This document shows positions 55,370 to 64,000 of a DNA stretch of 64,000 nucleotides, in pieces. Where the stretch lies: positions 25,203 to 89,202 of the forward strand of contig NZ_JBGCVY010000049.1 of NCBI RefSeq assembly GCF_041088075.1, written 5' to 3'. A model generated the notes under the pieces. That model saw only the letters and a program-made list of their open reading frames with translations, ran no database searches and was not told the DNA's origin. The translations under genes were made by a program, and so were the position numbers. Numbering within the stretch: the first letter of the stretch is position 1; every line of letters starts with the position of its first letter. This DNA is from Mucilaginibacter sp. GTDB lineage: Bacteria > Bacteroidota > Bacteroidia > Sphingobacteriales > Sphingobacteriaceae.

Positions 55370-56805
55370 GCCTTAATGGTTTTATCCATTTTCACCTTTA
55401 TAATATTGATAATAATAAATACAAAATTATTTTTAAATAAAAACATTTGTATGATTGTGTAAGCCAAGGCGCAGCCGCCTATTGAGATAATAAGCATATA
55501 GGCTAAAGGCAGTTCCAGTTGTTTTACCATCCAAATTAGTGGAATAAATATCAGCGCACTGATTACTGCCTTAACCAATAATGACCACTGGTAGGTAAAA
55601 GAAAAGTGTTTGGTAATGATATAAAAATACGATGCAGTAACCACTAATTCTGAACTTACATTAGCGATAGAAGAACCTACTTGCCTTAAAGAAGGTATTA
55701 AAAGAATATTTAACGCCAAACTCACTACTAAGCCCCCTATTACACATAAAAACATTTCTCTATTTTTTCCGGACGGCACCAGGATCAGGTATTGCAAAAA
55801 GCGCGAAAACCCTACAGTTAACGGTAGTACCGAAAGCAAACGCATACTGTTTGTTGCTTCTAAAAATTGCTTTCCCGAAAATAAAGCAATAAATTCGGGC
55901 GCCAGCAAGGCCAGGCCAAATACAATGGGCACGCCTAAAAATACCAGAAACTTAAAAGCCTGGTTTAGCGTATTTTGTACCGAAAGCATGTTTTTGTCTG
56001 CAAAATCTTTAGTTATTTGGGGCATTAATATTACAGCAAGAGAAGTTACAATCGGAATGCTGACCATACTTAATTTATCAGCGGCCGTATAAAGGCCAAC
56101 CGCTTTAACATCAGCGATAAAACCGAGCAAAACAGTATCCGTATCAGCCATGATTACGGCTATCGTTGTACCAAAAATAAAAAACAGCGGCATTAAATGT
56201 TTGCGCAACAACAGCCCCGAAAATAGCAGCCGTACCTTCCCTTTTAATAAAAAAATGCTGAGTACATTGTTTCCCAAAAAGGAAAACAACATCAAATAAA
56301 GATAAAGCTTGTAATCAGAAGCTGTTTTTATAAACAAAAACATCAGTAGCAAGCCGATTACTTTAAACAACACCGATCGTAAAGCAATAGATTTAAATTC
56401 CTCCATTCCTGTATATACCCACTCCATGTATGAACATCCGAGCAATATCAGCAATAAAGCTGCGAGGTACATATCCCTGTCTACCTTAAAATACGGGAAT
56501 GTGTAAACAACAGCTAAATACACAATAGATAAGCAAATGCTTGAGACTACATAAATGACGGTCAATTCTGAAAATACACGAGAGCGGCCCTCCTTATCAT
56601 CTTTGAAACGCGCAATTTCTTTCATCCCGTAAATAGGAATACCTAAACCTGCTATAATGGCGAAATAGTATGCAAATGAAAATATAAATTGCACTTTGCC
56701 TATACCATCCGGGCCTAAAACGCGCGAAATATAAGGAAAACTTAATATTGGAAATAATAAATTGGCTAATGTAAGAAGTAAATTATAAAAGTAGTTTTTA
56801 GCCAT
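55366..56805 (-). CDS. Oligosaccharide flippase (Wzx / polysaccharide biosynthesis protein family)
   Basis: 479 aa with about 12-14 TM helices; 4-nt overlap with the GT2 gene. Confidence 0.8.
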   Translation of the reverse strand: MAKNYFYNLLLTLANLLFPILSFPYISRVLGPDGIGKVQFIFSFAYYFAIIAGLGIPIYGMKEIARFKDDKEGRSRVFSELTVIYVVSSICLSIVYLAVVYTFPYFKVDRDMYLAALLLILLGCSYMEWVYTGMEEFKSIALRSVLFKVIGLLLMFLFIKTASDYKLYLYLMLFSFLGNNVLSIFLLKGKVRLLFSGLLLRKHLMPLFFIFGTTIAVIMADTDTVLLGFIADVKAVGLYTAADKLSMVSIPIVTSLAVILMPQITKDFADKNMLSVQNTLNQAFKFLVFLGVPIVFGLALLAPEFIALFSGKQFLEATNSMRLLSVLPLTVGFSRFLQYLILVPSGKNREMFLCVIGGLVVSLALNILLIPSLRQVGSSIANVSSELVVTASYFYIITKHFSFTYQWSLLVKAVISALIFIPLIWMVKQLELPLAYMLIISIGGCALAYTIIQMFLFKNNFVFIIINIIKVKMDKTIKA

Positions 56806-56844
56806 GCAATAGGTAAGATAAAAGTTGCGAAACCGATATTGATT

Positions 56845-57008
56845 TGTTTAAACTTTTTTTCCAGCCCTCTTTTTTTGGGCTGATGCTTCTTTTACCCTAT
56901 AAAAATTGGTGCCTGTATCGGCCTAAACAAATTAAAAACCGGGCAATGCCAATTTTTTAGGCGATAAAAGAAGCATGGTGCAAAGCATAAAAGAATAAGT
57001 TTAAACAA
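56845..57008. repeat. Family-1 composite element (complete)
   Basis: TGTTTAAAC at 56845-56853, L-arm 56884-56912, R-arm 56949-56977, GTTTAAACA at 57000-57008. Confidence 0.9.
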
Positions 57009-57040
57009 CTTCATTGCTAAATTGCAATATCAATAAAAAC

Positions 57041-57859
57041 TTATCTTATTATCTTTTTTATTGTCCTTAATAAAATAGGCGGAACGATATCATGTACAAT
57101 ATCTTTAAAAGTAACAGGTTCTTTAATCGTCTCTCCTTTCATATTTGCCCTGTCTTTAAAAATTGTAGCGTGCGGCCTGTTTACTTCGCTTTTTGGACGC
57201 CCGTTACTGTAATAATACAAAGCCAAAGATTTCCTGCTGCGGCCAGGAGGGCAAGTGAGGGCGTTGGGATGACCGTGATTAGAAAAATCCGTAGTAGAAA
57301 AAATGGCGATCCGGTTAAATACTGGCAATATCTTTTTAACTGCATTTTTCATCTCTTTGTCCCATAACTCAAAATGTCCGCCATAACTTTCGTCCCAATC
57401 TTTATTTAAATAAACCAGTAAATTCAGCCTCCGGTCAAGCAAGGTAAATTCATGTTTATTAAAATCAGAGTGCACCTTAAGTAAACCGCCAGGTTTAATC
57501 TCGTGATAGCCACCGCCGTTAAAATGAGGATCAGGTATCAGTGTTTCTTTTATGCCGGTAAGTTTTTGTAAAAATTCAAGAAAAGGCTGAGAATTAAGGT
57601 AGTGGGCAAACGATTTAGTGGTTTCACTAAAACTCCCTTCGCCCTTTGCCGCCAGCTTTTTCTCATTTGGGTTATCGTACACAATTATATCTTTCTTTTT
57701 TGAAAGGTCAGGAAAATCATCGGTTACCTTACTTAGTATATCTTCATTAAAAAAATCATCAATTACAATATTAGGAAATGGCTCAGCATTAAGATACTCT
57801 TTCTGTCTGTCCTCACCAAATTGATTAAGGTCTTTTATTAAAGGATTAAGATAATTCAT
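57041..57859 (-). CDS. 2OG-Fe(II) oxygenase family protein
   Basis: HxD...H facial triad candidates (HSDFN ... HGHP); prolyl-hydroxylase-like. Confidence 0.65.
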   Translation of the reverse strand: MNYLNPLIKDLNQFGEDRQKEYLNAEPFPNIVIDDFFNEDILSKVTDDFPDLSKKKDIIVYDNPNEKKLAAKGEGSFSETTKSFAHYLNSQPFLEFLQKLTGIKETLIPDPHFNGGGYHEIKPGGLLKVHSDFNKHEFTLLDRRLNLLVYLNKDWDESYGGHFELWDKEMKNAVKKILPVFNRIAIFSTTDFSNHGHPNALTCPPGRSRKSLALYYYSNGRPKSEVNRPHATIFKDRANMKGETIKEPVTFKDIVHDIVPPILLRTIKKIIR

Positions 57860-58014
57860 ATTTGTGTTTTGTTCAATTGCACAAATCTAAATAATTAAAA
57901 AATAAATAAAATAGGTATATCGAATGCCCTAAACTTGTTTTTTTGATTGTTTGCGCTTGTTTTTTTGATATGCGGTGTTATATTGCACGGTTACACAAAA
58001 ACCCTTTATACAAA

Positions 58015-58935
58015 ATGCCTAAAAAGGTTGCATTGATTTTGCTTAATTGGAATACTCCGATACATACCGCAAATTGTATAAAGTCATTAAAACAGTATTG
58101 CAACGAACAACTATTTGATATTATTGTAGCAGATAATGGTTCAACGGATGGTTCTCTTGCATTGCTCCAAAATCAATTTCCGGGCTTAGTTTACATTAAC
58201 AACGAGAGAAACCTGGGCTTTGCCGAAGGCAATAACCGCGCTTTGGTTTACAGTATTGAAAAGGGGTACACTTACTCGCTTGTAATTAATACGGATACCC
58301 TTGTTGATGAGGATATTGTTTTGGCGCTAAGTACACATTTAGATAATTATCCCCAAGCTGCTATTGTGCAGCCAGCCATTTATTGGATGCACGACAAAAC
58401 CCGGATATGGAATGGCAGAGGCTGTTTTAACCAGTTATCGGGTTTAATTTATTCTGAAAAAAAATGCCCGTCGCCTGTGAATGGTTTGGATAGTTTTGAA
58501 ATTGCCAAATGGGCAACTGGCTGTTGTATGCTTCTAAGGAATGCTGCCCTAATAAATAATGGCCTGTTTAATAAACAATTCTACTTATATTATGAGGATG
58601 TAGAACTTTCGTTCAGGATGCGTGGCAATGGTTACGAACTGCATTATTTACCGTCAAGCAAAATGTACCACGAGGCCGGTGCATCTGCCAAGGTTGAAAA
58701 AAAGGAAGGTGTGTTAAGCCCTGTTATTCACTATTATATCAGCAGAAACCGGTTATGGTTTTTAAGAAGATACGGTAACCCTGTTTATTACCCGGTTTAC
58801 ATCTTCGGAGGTTTTTTATATTATGCATCCCTTTGGATATACTTTAAATTACGTGGTAGAAACCAAAAGGCCACATTTTTAATAAAAGGCTTGAGGGACG
58901 GTATTTTTACCCCCAATCAGCACATTTGGAATTGA
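58015..58935 (+). CDS. Glycosyltransferase family 2
   Basis: Motifs LILLNWNT, ADNGSTDGS, INTDT and YYEDVELS. Confidence 0.85.
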   Translation: MPKKVALILLNWNTPIHTANCIKSLKQYCNEQLFDIIVADNGSTDGSLALLQNQFPGLVYINNERNLGFAEGNNRALVYSIEKGYTYSLVINTDTLVDEDIVLALSTHLDNYPQAAIVQPAIYWMHDKTRIWNGRGCFNQLSGLIYSEKKCPSPVNGLDSFEIAKWATGCCMLLRNAALINNGLFNKQFYLYYEDVELSFRMRGNGYELHYLPSSKMYHEAGASAKVEKKEGVLSPVIHYYISRNRLWFLRRYGNPVYYPVYIFGGFLYYASLWIYFKLRGRNQKATFLIKGLRDGIFTPNQHIWN

Positions 58936-58944
58936 AAATATCAC

Positions 58945-59817
58945 TTATTTTTCAGCGACTATAAAAAGTAGCGTATCCAATATCAACTTACTGATATCAT
59001 AACCCGTAACTATCTTTACCGATGTAAATCCAGCATCCCGGAAGCTATCCAGCAGGTCCCACCCAAAATGATAATAACAAAGAATGCCTTTAAGCAACAA
59101 TGGGTCTCCGTGATAATCTGGCGGCAGCAAATGCGCAATTTCACCCTTTTCATTAATGGTTGCCCGCACAATTGTTTTATCATTTTCAAAGATAATAGGT
59201 GTACTTAATAAAACGTGGCCACCAGGCTTGGTAACCCTGTATAGTTCTTTAATAGCTGTTTCGTAATCAGGTATGTGCTCTATATCTTCAAACGACATGC
59301 ACAAATCAAATGAGTTATCCGGAAAAGTAAGTTTAGTTAAATCCTGGTGAAGAACATCTCCGGGTCTGTACGTGCTGGTAATTAAACCCTGGGGGCGCAG
59401 TTTTTTTATATTTTTATGATACAGCGTATCGTGTTCTGTAAGATATATTTTTTTAGCATCCGAAAAACAATGCTTCATAATTTCTAAACTAAAGCGCATG
59501 CGCGAGTTTAAACCTGTATGATCAGTACACGCTTCCCGGAAAGAGAAATTTCCATAAAATCTGTTAAAATGGTACAGTGTGCCCAACAACTTTACATAAG
59601 AAGCGTTGGTAAATTTCAAAAGGTTTTTCTCAAAAGATTTACGAAACCCGGTGTACTCGTTATAATTCTCGAAATCTTCTTTTTTATCCAATTGGGCTAT
59701 CAGGCTGTTGTAAGGAGAATCTTGGTATAGATGATCAATATTGCGTGCAAGTGCCTTTTGTACAACAGTCCTGATTTTTCTTAACTCTTTTTTTACCGGT
59801 TTAATCATCCTATGCAA
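58945..59817 (-). CDS. Class I SAM-dependent methyltransferase
   Basis: C-terminal methyltransferase-like block (FDLCMSFEDIEHIPD ... KPGGHVLLSTP). Confidence 0.7.
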   Translation of the reverse strand: MHRMIKPVKKELRKIRTVVQKALARNIDHLYQDSPYNSLIAQLDKKEDFENYNEYTGFRKSFEKNLLKFTNASYVKLLGTLYHFNRFYGNFSFREACTDHTGLNSRMRFSLEIMKHCFSDAKKIYLTEHDTLYHKNIKKLRPQGLITSTYRPGDVLHQDLTKLTFPDNSFDLCMSFEDIEHIPDYETAIKELYRVTKPGGHVLLSTPIIFENDKTIVRATINEKGEIAHLLPPDYHGDPLLLKGILCYYHFGWDLLDSFRDAGFTSVKIVTGYDISKLILDTLLFIVAEK

Positions 59818-59853
59818 GTATAATTTATTAAAGGTGGAAACAAAATTGCAGTC

Positions 59854-60030
59854 TGTTTAAAAATGTCATATCCAAGAGCGTGTTTAAAAATCATCCTGTT
59901 GATTTTCTATACTTCTTTTACCGGCTTAAAATCACGAAAGCTTTATCCTTTCTATGATTTCATCTCAGGCAAAAACAAAAATCACCAGCATAAAAGAAGC
60001 AATATCAATTTTGAAATACAAATCTAAACA
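59854..60030. repeat. Family-1 composite element (diverged cores, duplicated outer box)
   Basis: TGTTTAAAAATG at 59854 and TGTTTAAAAATC at 59881; ATACTTCTTTTA at 59909; TAAAAGAAGCAA at 59991; outer box TCTAAACA. Confidence 0.75.
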
Positions 60031-60132
60031 GGCGCTAATGTATATATGCTTAATTAAAATTTTGAAAGATGTATTTCAGTGCAAAAAACCTAATTTGGCC
60101 CGAAGATACTTAATAGAGTAGTACCCTAAAAA

Positions 60133-61542
60133 ATGTTGTTCATTTTCCCGCTTATTTTTATTACTTCTTTCATTATTGCACTTAAAGATATATTGAATGG
60201 AAGAACCAGCGGGATACTTGTATTTATGATTTTCGGCCTATCCATATATACCACCGCAATGTCGGTTACATTTATGCTGGGTTTGAAAGGTTTTATCCCT
60301 TACATGCAGGGTTTTAAAGAAGCACTTGTTCTTACTGTACTTTTTTTAAATATAGCAAGCTTAAAACACCGCCCCAGGTTTCATCTTATAGATTACCTGA
60401 TATTTGCTTTTTTGCTATACCTCATTATCTACGCCATTTTGCCTATTGGTGAGCAGGGATTTGTGAATCGGCTAATGGCTTTAAAAGGTCTTTCTTTTTA
60501 TATTATGGTTTATTTTATGGGACGTTTTTTTGATCCTAAAACCATTTACATCAATAAATATTTCAGTTATATTATATTACTGACTATCGCGGCCGGGGCC
60601 ATACTGCTTGTTGAGGTAGCTGCCCAAAGTCCTTTGCAATTTCATTCCGGTTATTTTGATTACAGCTATTACTTCTTCAATCTCGACTCAAGTGGTGCTT
60701 ATGGGCTGCAAACATCTTTTACCTCTGATAGTGGCTACATCCGTTTCGGCAGCTTTTTTACCAACCCGCTTGAACATGCCACCGCCACGCTGCTTGCCCT
60801 TGCCGTAATTGCCGGCCTATACACCAGGGACGACAATAAACTAAACATCAATGGCATCGGTCTGCTTGCCCTCGGCGCCACATTTTTGTCTATCCTGTTT
60901 GCCTTATCGCGCGCGCCATTGGCCAGCTATTTTATTATGATCTATGTATATGCATTGGTTACCAAAAGAAAAATGATTGTCAATGCGATCCAAACGTTGT
61001 TGGGTTTAAGCGCAGTTTATATTGCCTATTTGTTTTATCAATTTGAAAACAACCACAGTGGTATTATTGCGGTTATTTTGAATACGATCGATTTTAGCGA
61101 CCCATCCAGCGTGGGGCATCTTTTAGCTTGGGTAGAAGGAATTGCATCCATCATCCAATATCCTTTCGGGCTTGGGTTAGGGTCATCAGGAAGGGTTGGT
61201 GCTACTTTAGATCAAAATATAGGCGGCGAAAATCAATTCATTATCATTGGCGTTCAGGCCGGAATCATAGCTATGGTTTTATACTTATTGGTTTACGTAA
61301 TGTTTATTAAAACAAGCTTAAAATGGCTCCCTTTGTTAAAAGGAAAGGAAAGAAAAGTGTGCATGACTGTTTTTTTGATAAAAATTGGACTTTTGATCTC
61401 TACCTTAACTTCGGAAATAGAGTCGTCCACGTATTTATCCTACATGAACTGGTTTTTGTCCGGTTTATTAATCAACATGATTATGCAGGTAAAAACAGCA
61501 CCGGCACCCAAACCCGAATTAGCAGAAGCCCATGTTTATTGA
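60133..61542 (+). CDS. O-antigen ligase / polymerase (Wzy_C) family membrane protein
   Basis: About 12 TM helices with a central loop (SRAPLASY). Confidence 0.7.
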   Translation: MLFIFPLIFITSFIIALKDILNGRTSGILVFMIFGLSIYTTAMSVTFMLGLKGFIPYMQGFKEALVLTVLFLNIASLKHRPRFHLIDYLIFAFLLYLIIYAILPIGEQGFVNRLMALKGLSFYIMVYFMGRFFDPKTIYINKYFSYIILLTIAAGAILLVEVAAQSPLQFHSGYFDYSYYFFNLDSSGAYGLQTSFTSDSGYIRFGSFFTNPLEHATATLLALAVIAGLYTRDDNKLNINGIGLLALGATFLSILFALSRAPLASYFIMIYVYALVTKRKMIVNAIQTLLGLSAVYIAYLFYQFENNHSGIIAVILNTIDFSDPSSVGHLLAWVEGIASIIQYPFGLGLGSSGRVGATLDQNIGGENQFIIIGVQAGIIAMVLYLLVYVMFIKTSLKWLPLLKGKERKVCMTVFLIKIGLLISTLTSEIESSTYLSYMNWFLSGLLINMIMQVKTAPAPKPELAEAHVY

Positions 61543-62221
61543 AAACCTGATCCGAAAGCTAAAAAACAACCCGGACTACAAATGGGAAAGCGAATATTCC
61601 TTCCGGGATTTGATGGGCATCACCGGCGTTCGTTTGGTGCAGCTTGCACGGGGGTTGTTGCTGAAGCCTTTTTTAAAGCAATCGTCCGGGTTTGTTTTTT
61701 TGGGAAATAATGTAAAAGTTCGCCATGCTTATCAGTTAAGTGCCGGAAAAAATTTGATTTTGGAAGACAACGTAAGCATCAATGCACTTTCTGCAAACGG
61801 GATTGTTTTGGGCGATGATGTTTCTATCGCACGCGATGGTATTTTGTTTTGTACCGGAATTATCGCCCAAAAAGGAACCGGAATTACGATCGGAAACCGA
61901 ACCGGGATCAGCGCGCGGGTTTATCTGGCCGGACAAGGCGGGATCACGATTGGCAATGATGTTATTTTTGGGCCAAACGTGCAGGTGTTTTCAGAAAACC
62001 ATAATTATGCCGATCAGGAAAAAACGATCAAAGAACAAGGTGTTGCCAAAAACCCAGTGTTTATTGGCAACAATTGCTGGATTGGCGCCGGGGCAACTAT
62101 TTTGGCAGGCGTAATTATTGGCGATGGCTGTGTGGTTGCGGCCGGAAGCGTAGTTACCAAATCCGTTCCGGCAAATTCGATTGTGGCTGGCGTTCCGGCA
62201 AAAATATTAAAGGAAAGATAA
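61532..62221 (+). CDS. Hexapeptide-repeat (left-handed beta-helix) acyltransferase
   Basis: Repeats [31 protein letters not shown]. Confidence 0.8.
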   Translation: MFIENLIRKLKNNPDYKWESEYSFRDLMGITGVRLVQLARGLLLKPFLKQSSGFVFLGNNVKVRHAYQLSAGKNLILEDNVSINALSANGIVLGDDVSIARDGILFCTGIIAQKGTGITIGNRTGISARVYLAGQGGITIGNDVIFGPNVQVFSENHNYADQEKTIKEQGVAKNPVFIGNNCWIGAGATILAGVIIGDGCVVAAGSVVTKSVPANSIVAGVPAKILKER

Positions 62222-62239
62222 AAACATTTGGGTTGATCA

Positions 62240-62326
62240 ATGCTTCTTTTACCACCTAAAAATTAGTGTGATCGAAAGATATTTTCCAAATTGAACACAC
62301 CAAAATTATACCGATAAAAGAAGCAT
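62240..62326. repeat. Family-1 short composite (no outer boxes seen)
   Basis: L-arm 62240-62268 and R-arm 62298-62326. Confidence 0.85.
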
Positions 62327-62364
62327 TCCATGAAATTGGCTCAACTTCTATTCAAAATAAAACC

Positions 62365-63495
62365 ATGCGCAAACCGCTAACCATTGGTGTAGATATCCGC
62401 GATTTGCGTGTGGCCAAAACCGGCACCAAAACTTACCTGGAAGAGTTGTGCAAAGCGTTTAAGCAGATGGATCAGTCGAATATTTGCTTTCATTTTTTAG
62501 ATACCAGCCTTCCCATTTACACCGGCAACAACAAAATTTTAAAATGGATTGAGCATTTTAAATATCAGCTTTGGAAGCAACTGGTTTTGCCGCTGAAAGC
62601 TTTTTTTAAAAACTGCGATGTGGTTTTTTGCACCGATAATTTTGTCCCGTTTATCCATTTGGGCTATCAAACCGTTCCTGTTTTTCATGATGCCTTCTTC
62701 TTTGAAAACCCCGAAAACTACGGCAAGTTGTGGTTGTGGCTGTATAAAAAAATGGCAATCCCGGCAGCAAAAAGGGCGGCATTTATAATTACGCCGACTG
62801 AATATGCCAAACAACAAATCCATCGTTTCACACAAATCCCAAACGAAAAACTGGTGGTGGTTTATGAAGGCCCGAAATCTTTAAACGAAACCAAAAGCAA
62901 CAATCAACCCGAACAATTGCTCAAAGCCTTTTCGATATTGCCTTTGCAGTACATCTTACACGTAGGTTCGATGTTTAAACGGAAAAATATTCCAACCTTG
63001 ATTACTGCTTTTGCCAAGGTAAAAAAAGCCGGGTTTGAACATTTGAAATTGGTTTTGGCCGGGCCAATTCCTCCGGCTGCAAATGAAACAGATTATAAAT
63101 TGATTTTGGAGGCCATCAAAAAAAACCAGCTTCAAAACGAGGTTGTCCTGACAGGATATTTGCCGGATACCGCTTTAAGCCAGCTTTATCAAAACGCTTT
63201 GCTGTACGTTTTCCCTTCGGTGAACGAAGGTTTCGGGATACCGGTTTTAGAAGCTTTTGCACACAATATTCCCGTTTTGGTTGCCAACAACACCTGCCTG
63301 CCCGAAGTTGGCGGCGATGCCGTTTTGCAATTTGACCCTTTTGATACCGATGCTGTTTTTACCGCCATAAAAACAGTATTGGAAGATGCGGAACTTAGAA
63401 AAGAAATGATCCGGAAAGGGCAAATACGTTTACAGAGGTTTTCCTGGGAAAAAACAGCCCGGCAAATTGTTGAAGTATTCAAAAAAGCGGTTTAG
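62365..63495 (+). CDS. Glycosyltransferase family 4 (GT-B)
   Basis: Motif FPSVNEGFGIPVLEAF (E-x7-E). Confidence 0.85.
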   Translation: MRKPLTIGVDIRDLRVAKTGTKTYLEELCKAFKQMDQSNICFHFLDTSLPIYTGNNKILKWIEHFKYQLWKQLVLPLKAFFKNCDVVFCTDNFVPFIHLGYQTVPVFHDAFFFENPENYGKLWLWLYKKMAIPAAKRAAFIITPTEYAKQQIHRFTQIPNEKLVVVYEGPKSLNETKSNNQPEQLLKAFSILPLQYILHVGSMFKRKNIPTLITAFAKVKKAGFEHLKLVLAGPIPPAANETDYKLILEAIKKNQLQNEVVLTGYLPDTALSQLYQNALLYVFPSVNEGFGIPVLEAFAHNIPVLVANNTCLPEVGGDAVLQFDPFDTDAVFTAIKTVLEDAELRKEMIRKGQIRLQRFSWEKTARQIVEVFKKAV

Positions 63496-63503
63496 CTAAA
63501 ACC

Positions 63504-64000
63504 TTAATAAGCACCTTTTAAAGCACTAAACTGTTTCAAAGTGTCGTGGTTTATTTTTTCCCTGCCGCGGTCAAAAAACCAACCCCATTTATTAAAATAG
63601 TAAATGGCCGACTTTAAATAGATTTTAAATATTTTAAAATCTACAAAAGATTTTCTTTCATGGTCATGGTACACCGATACGCTTGGAAAAAACATACACC
63701 GGTAGCCCAAATCTATGATCCTTCGGCAGATATCAATATCTTCGGTGTACATAAAAATATTTTCGTCAAAAGCGCCAATCTTTAACAAGGCACTTGTACG
63801 AAATATGATAAAACAACCGGAAAGGAAAGGAACATTAAACGACCGGTTATAACCCGATTTCCGTAACTCAAAACGGTTATCAATTTTATTTCTGATAAAA
63901 TCAAAAGGTATAAACCTACGCACAATAAAATCTAAAGGCGTAGGCAAAAGTTTTGCTAAATATTGTGTCCTGCCGTCCGGATATAAAATTTTGGGCATTA
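63504..64000 (-). CDS. Glycosyltransferase family 2, C-terminal part (runs off the window)
   Basis: YTEDIDICRR-type motif; the N-terminus lies beyond position 64000. Confidence 0.65.
   Translation of the reverse strand, partial: MPKILYPDGRTQYLAKLLPTPLDFIVRRFIPFDFIRNKIDNRFELRKSGYNRSFNVPFLSGCFIIFRTSALLKIGAFDENIFMYTEDIDICRRIIDLGYRCMFFPSVSVYHDHERKSFVDFKIFKIYLKSAIYYFNKWGWFFDRGREKINHDTLKQFSALKGAY

Noticed and set aside
1-64000. Known defence or mobile systems (restriction-modification, CBASS, retron, Abi, toxin-antitoxin with recognisable domains, integrases, transposases, prophage genes)
   Set aside because: No ORF in the window shows signatures that I can assign to these families. The only mobile-looking units lack any recombinase.

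Overview
This is a 64-kb chromosomal window that looks like a Bacteroidota genome, probably Sphingobacteriia- or Chitinophagia-like. That placement is an inference from the conserved parA-parB-DUF5683-dapB-lepB block, a TonB-dependent receptor paired with a lipoprotein, TAnnTTTG-type promoter boxes and the lack of Shine-Dalgarno sequences. I call about 70 CDSs and 2 tRNAs (Ser-UGA, Lys-CUU). Most genes are ordinary: a two-component system, a three-subunit molybdoenzyme, htpG, proBA, a ribose-type ABC sugar importer with a mannitol-dehydrogenase-family gene, and a Wzx/Wzy polysaccharide locus from 54.4 kb to the window end. I recognise no defence system, CRISPR array, prophage or transposase.

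The unusual content is non-genic. (1) The 12-mer ATGCTTCTTTTA (reverse complement TAAAAGAAGCAT) occurs at least 49 times exactly, about 0.8 per kb, against an expectation well below 0.1. It is the core of a 29-bp arm (ATGCTTCTTTTAYC-n-TAAAAATTGGTG). Arms pair head to head into 150-170 bp palindromic elements bounded by TGTTTAAA...TTTAAACA, and these occupy most intergenic regions. The same arms also occur in frame inside conserved genes (proB, proA, dapB, lepB, mpg, an HDAC-family gene and others). They abut several start codons, and the elements supply a few stop codons. (2) A 1,459-bp AT-rich element without a transposase (17102-18560) has 19-bp terminal inverted repeats and a 12-bp target duplication. 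Removing it restores a 34-bp palindrome. It carries 3-4 small ORFs of unknown function. (3) A second AT-rich islet (about 32.2-33.8 kb), a roughly 320-bp foldback element that separates proB from proA, and at least three further hairpin-repeat families are also present.

All coordinates were counted by hand from the sequence. No database searches or computations were run.
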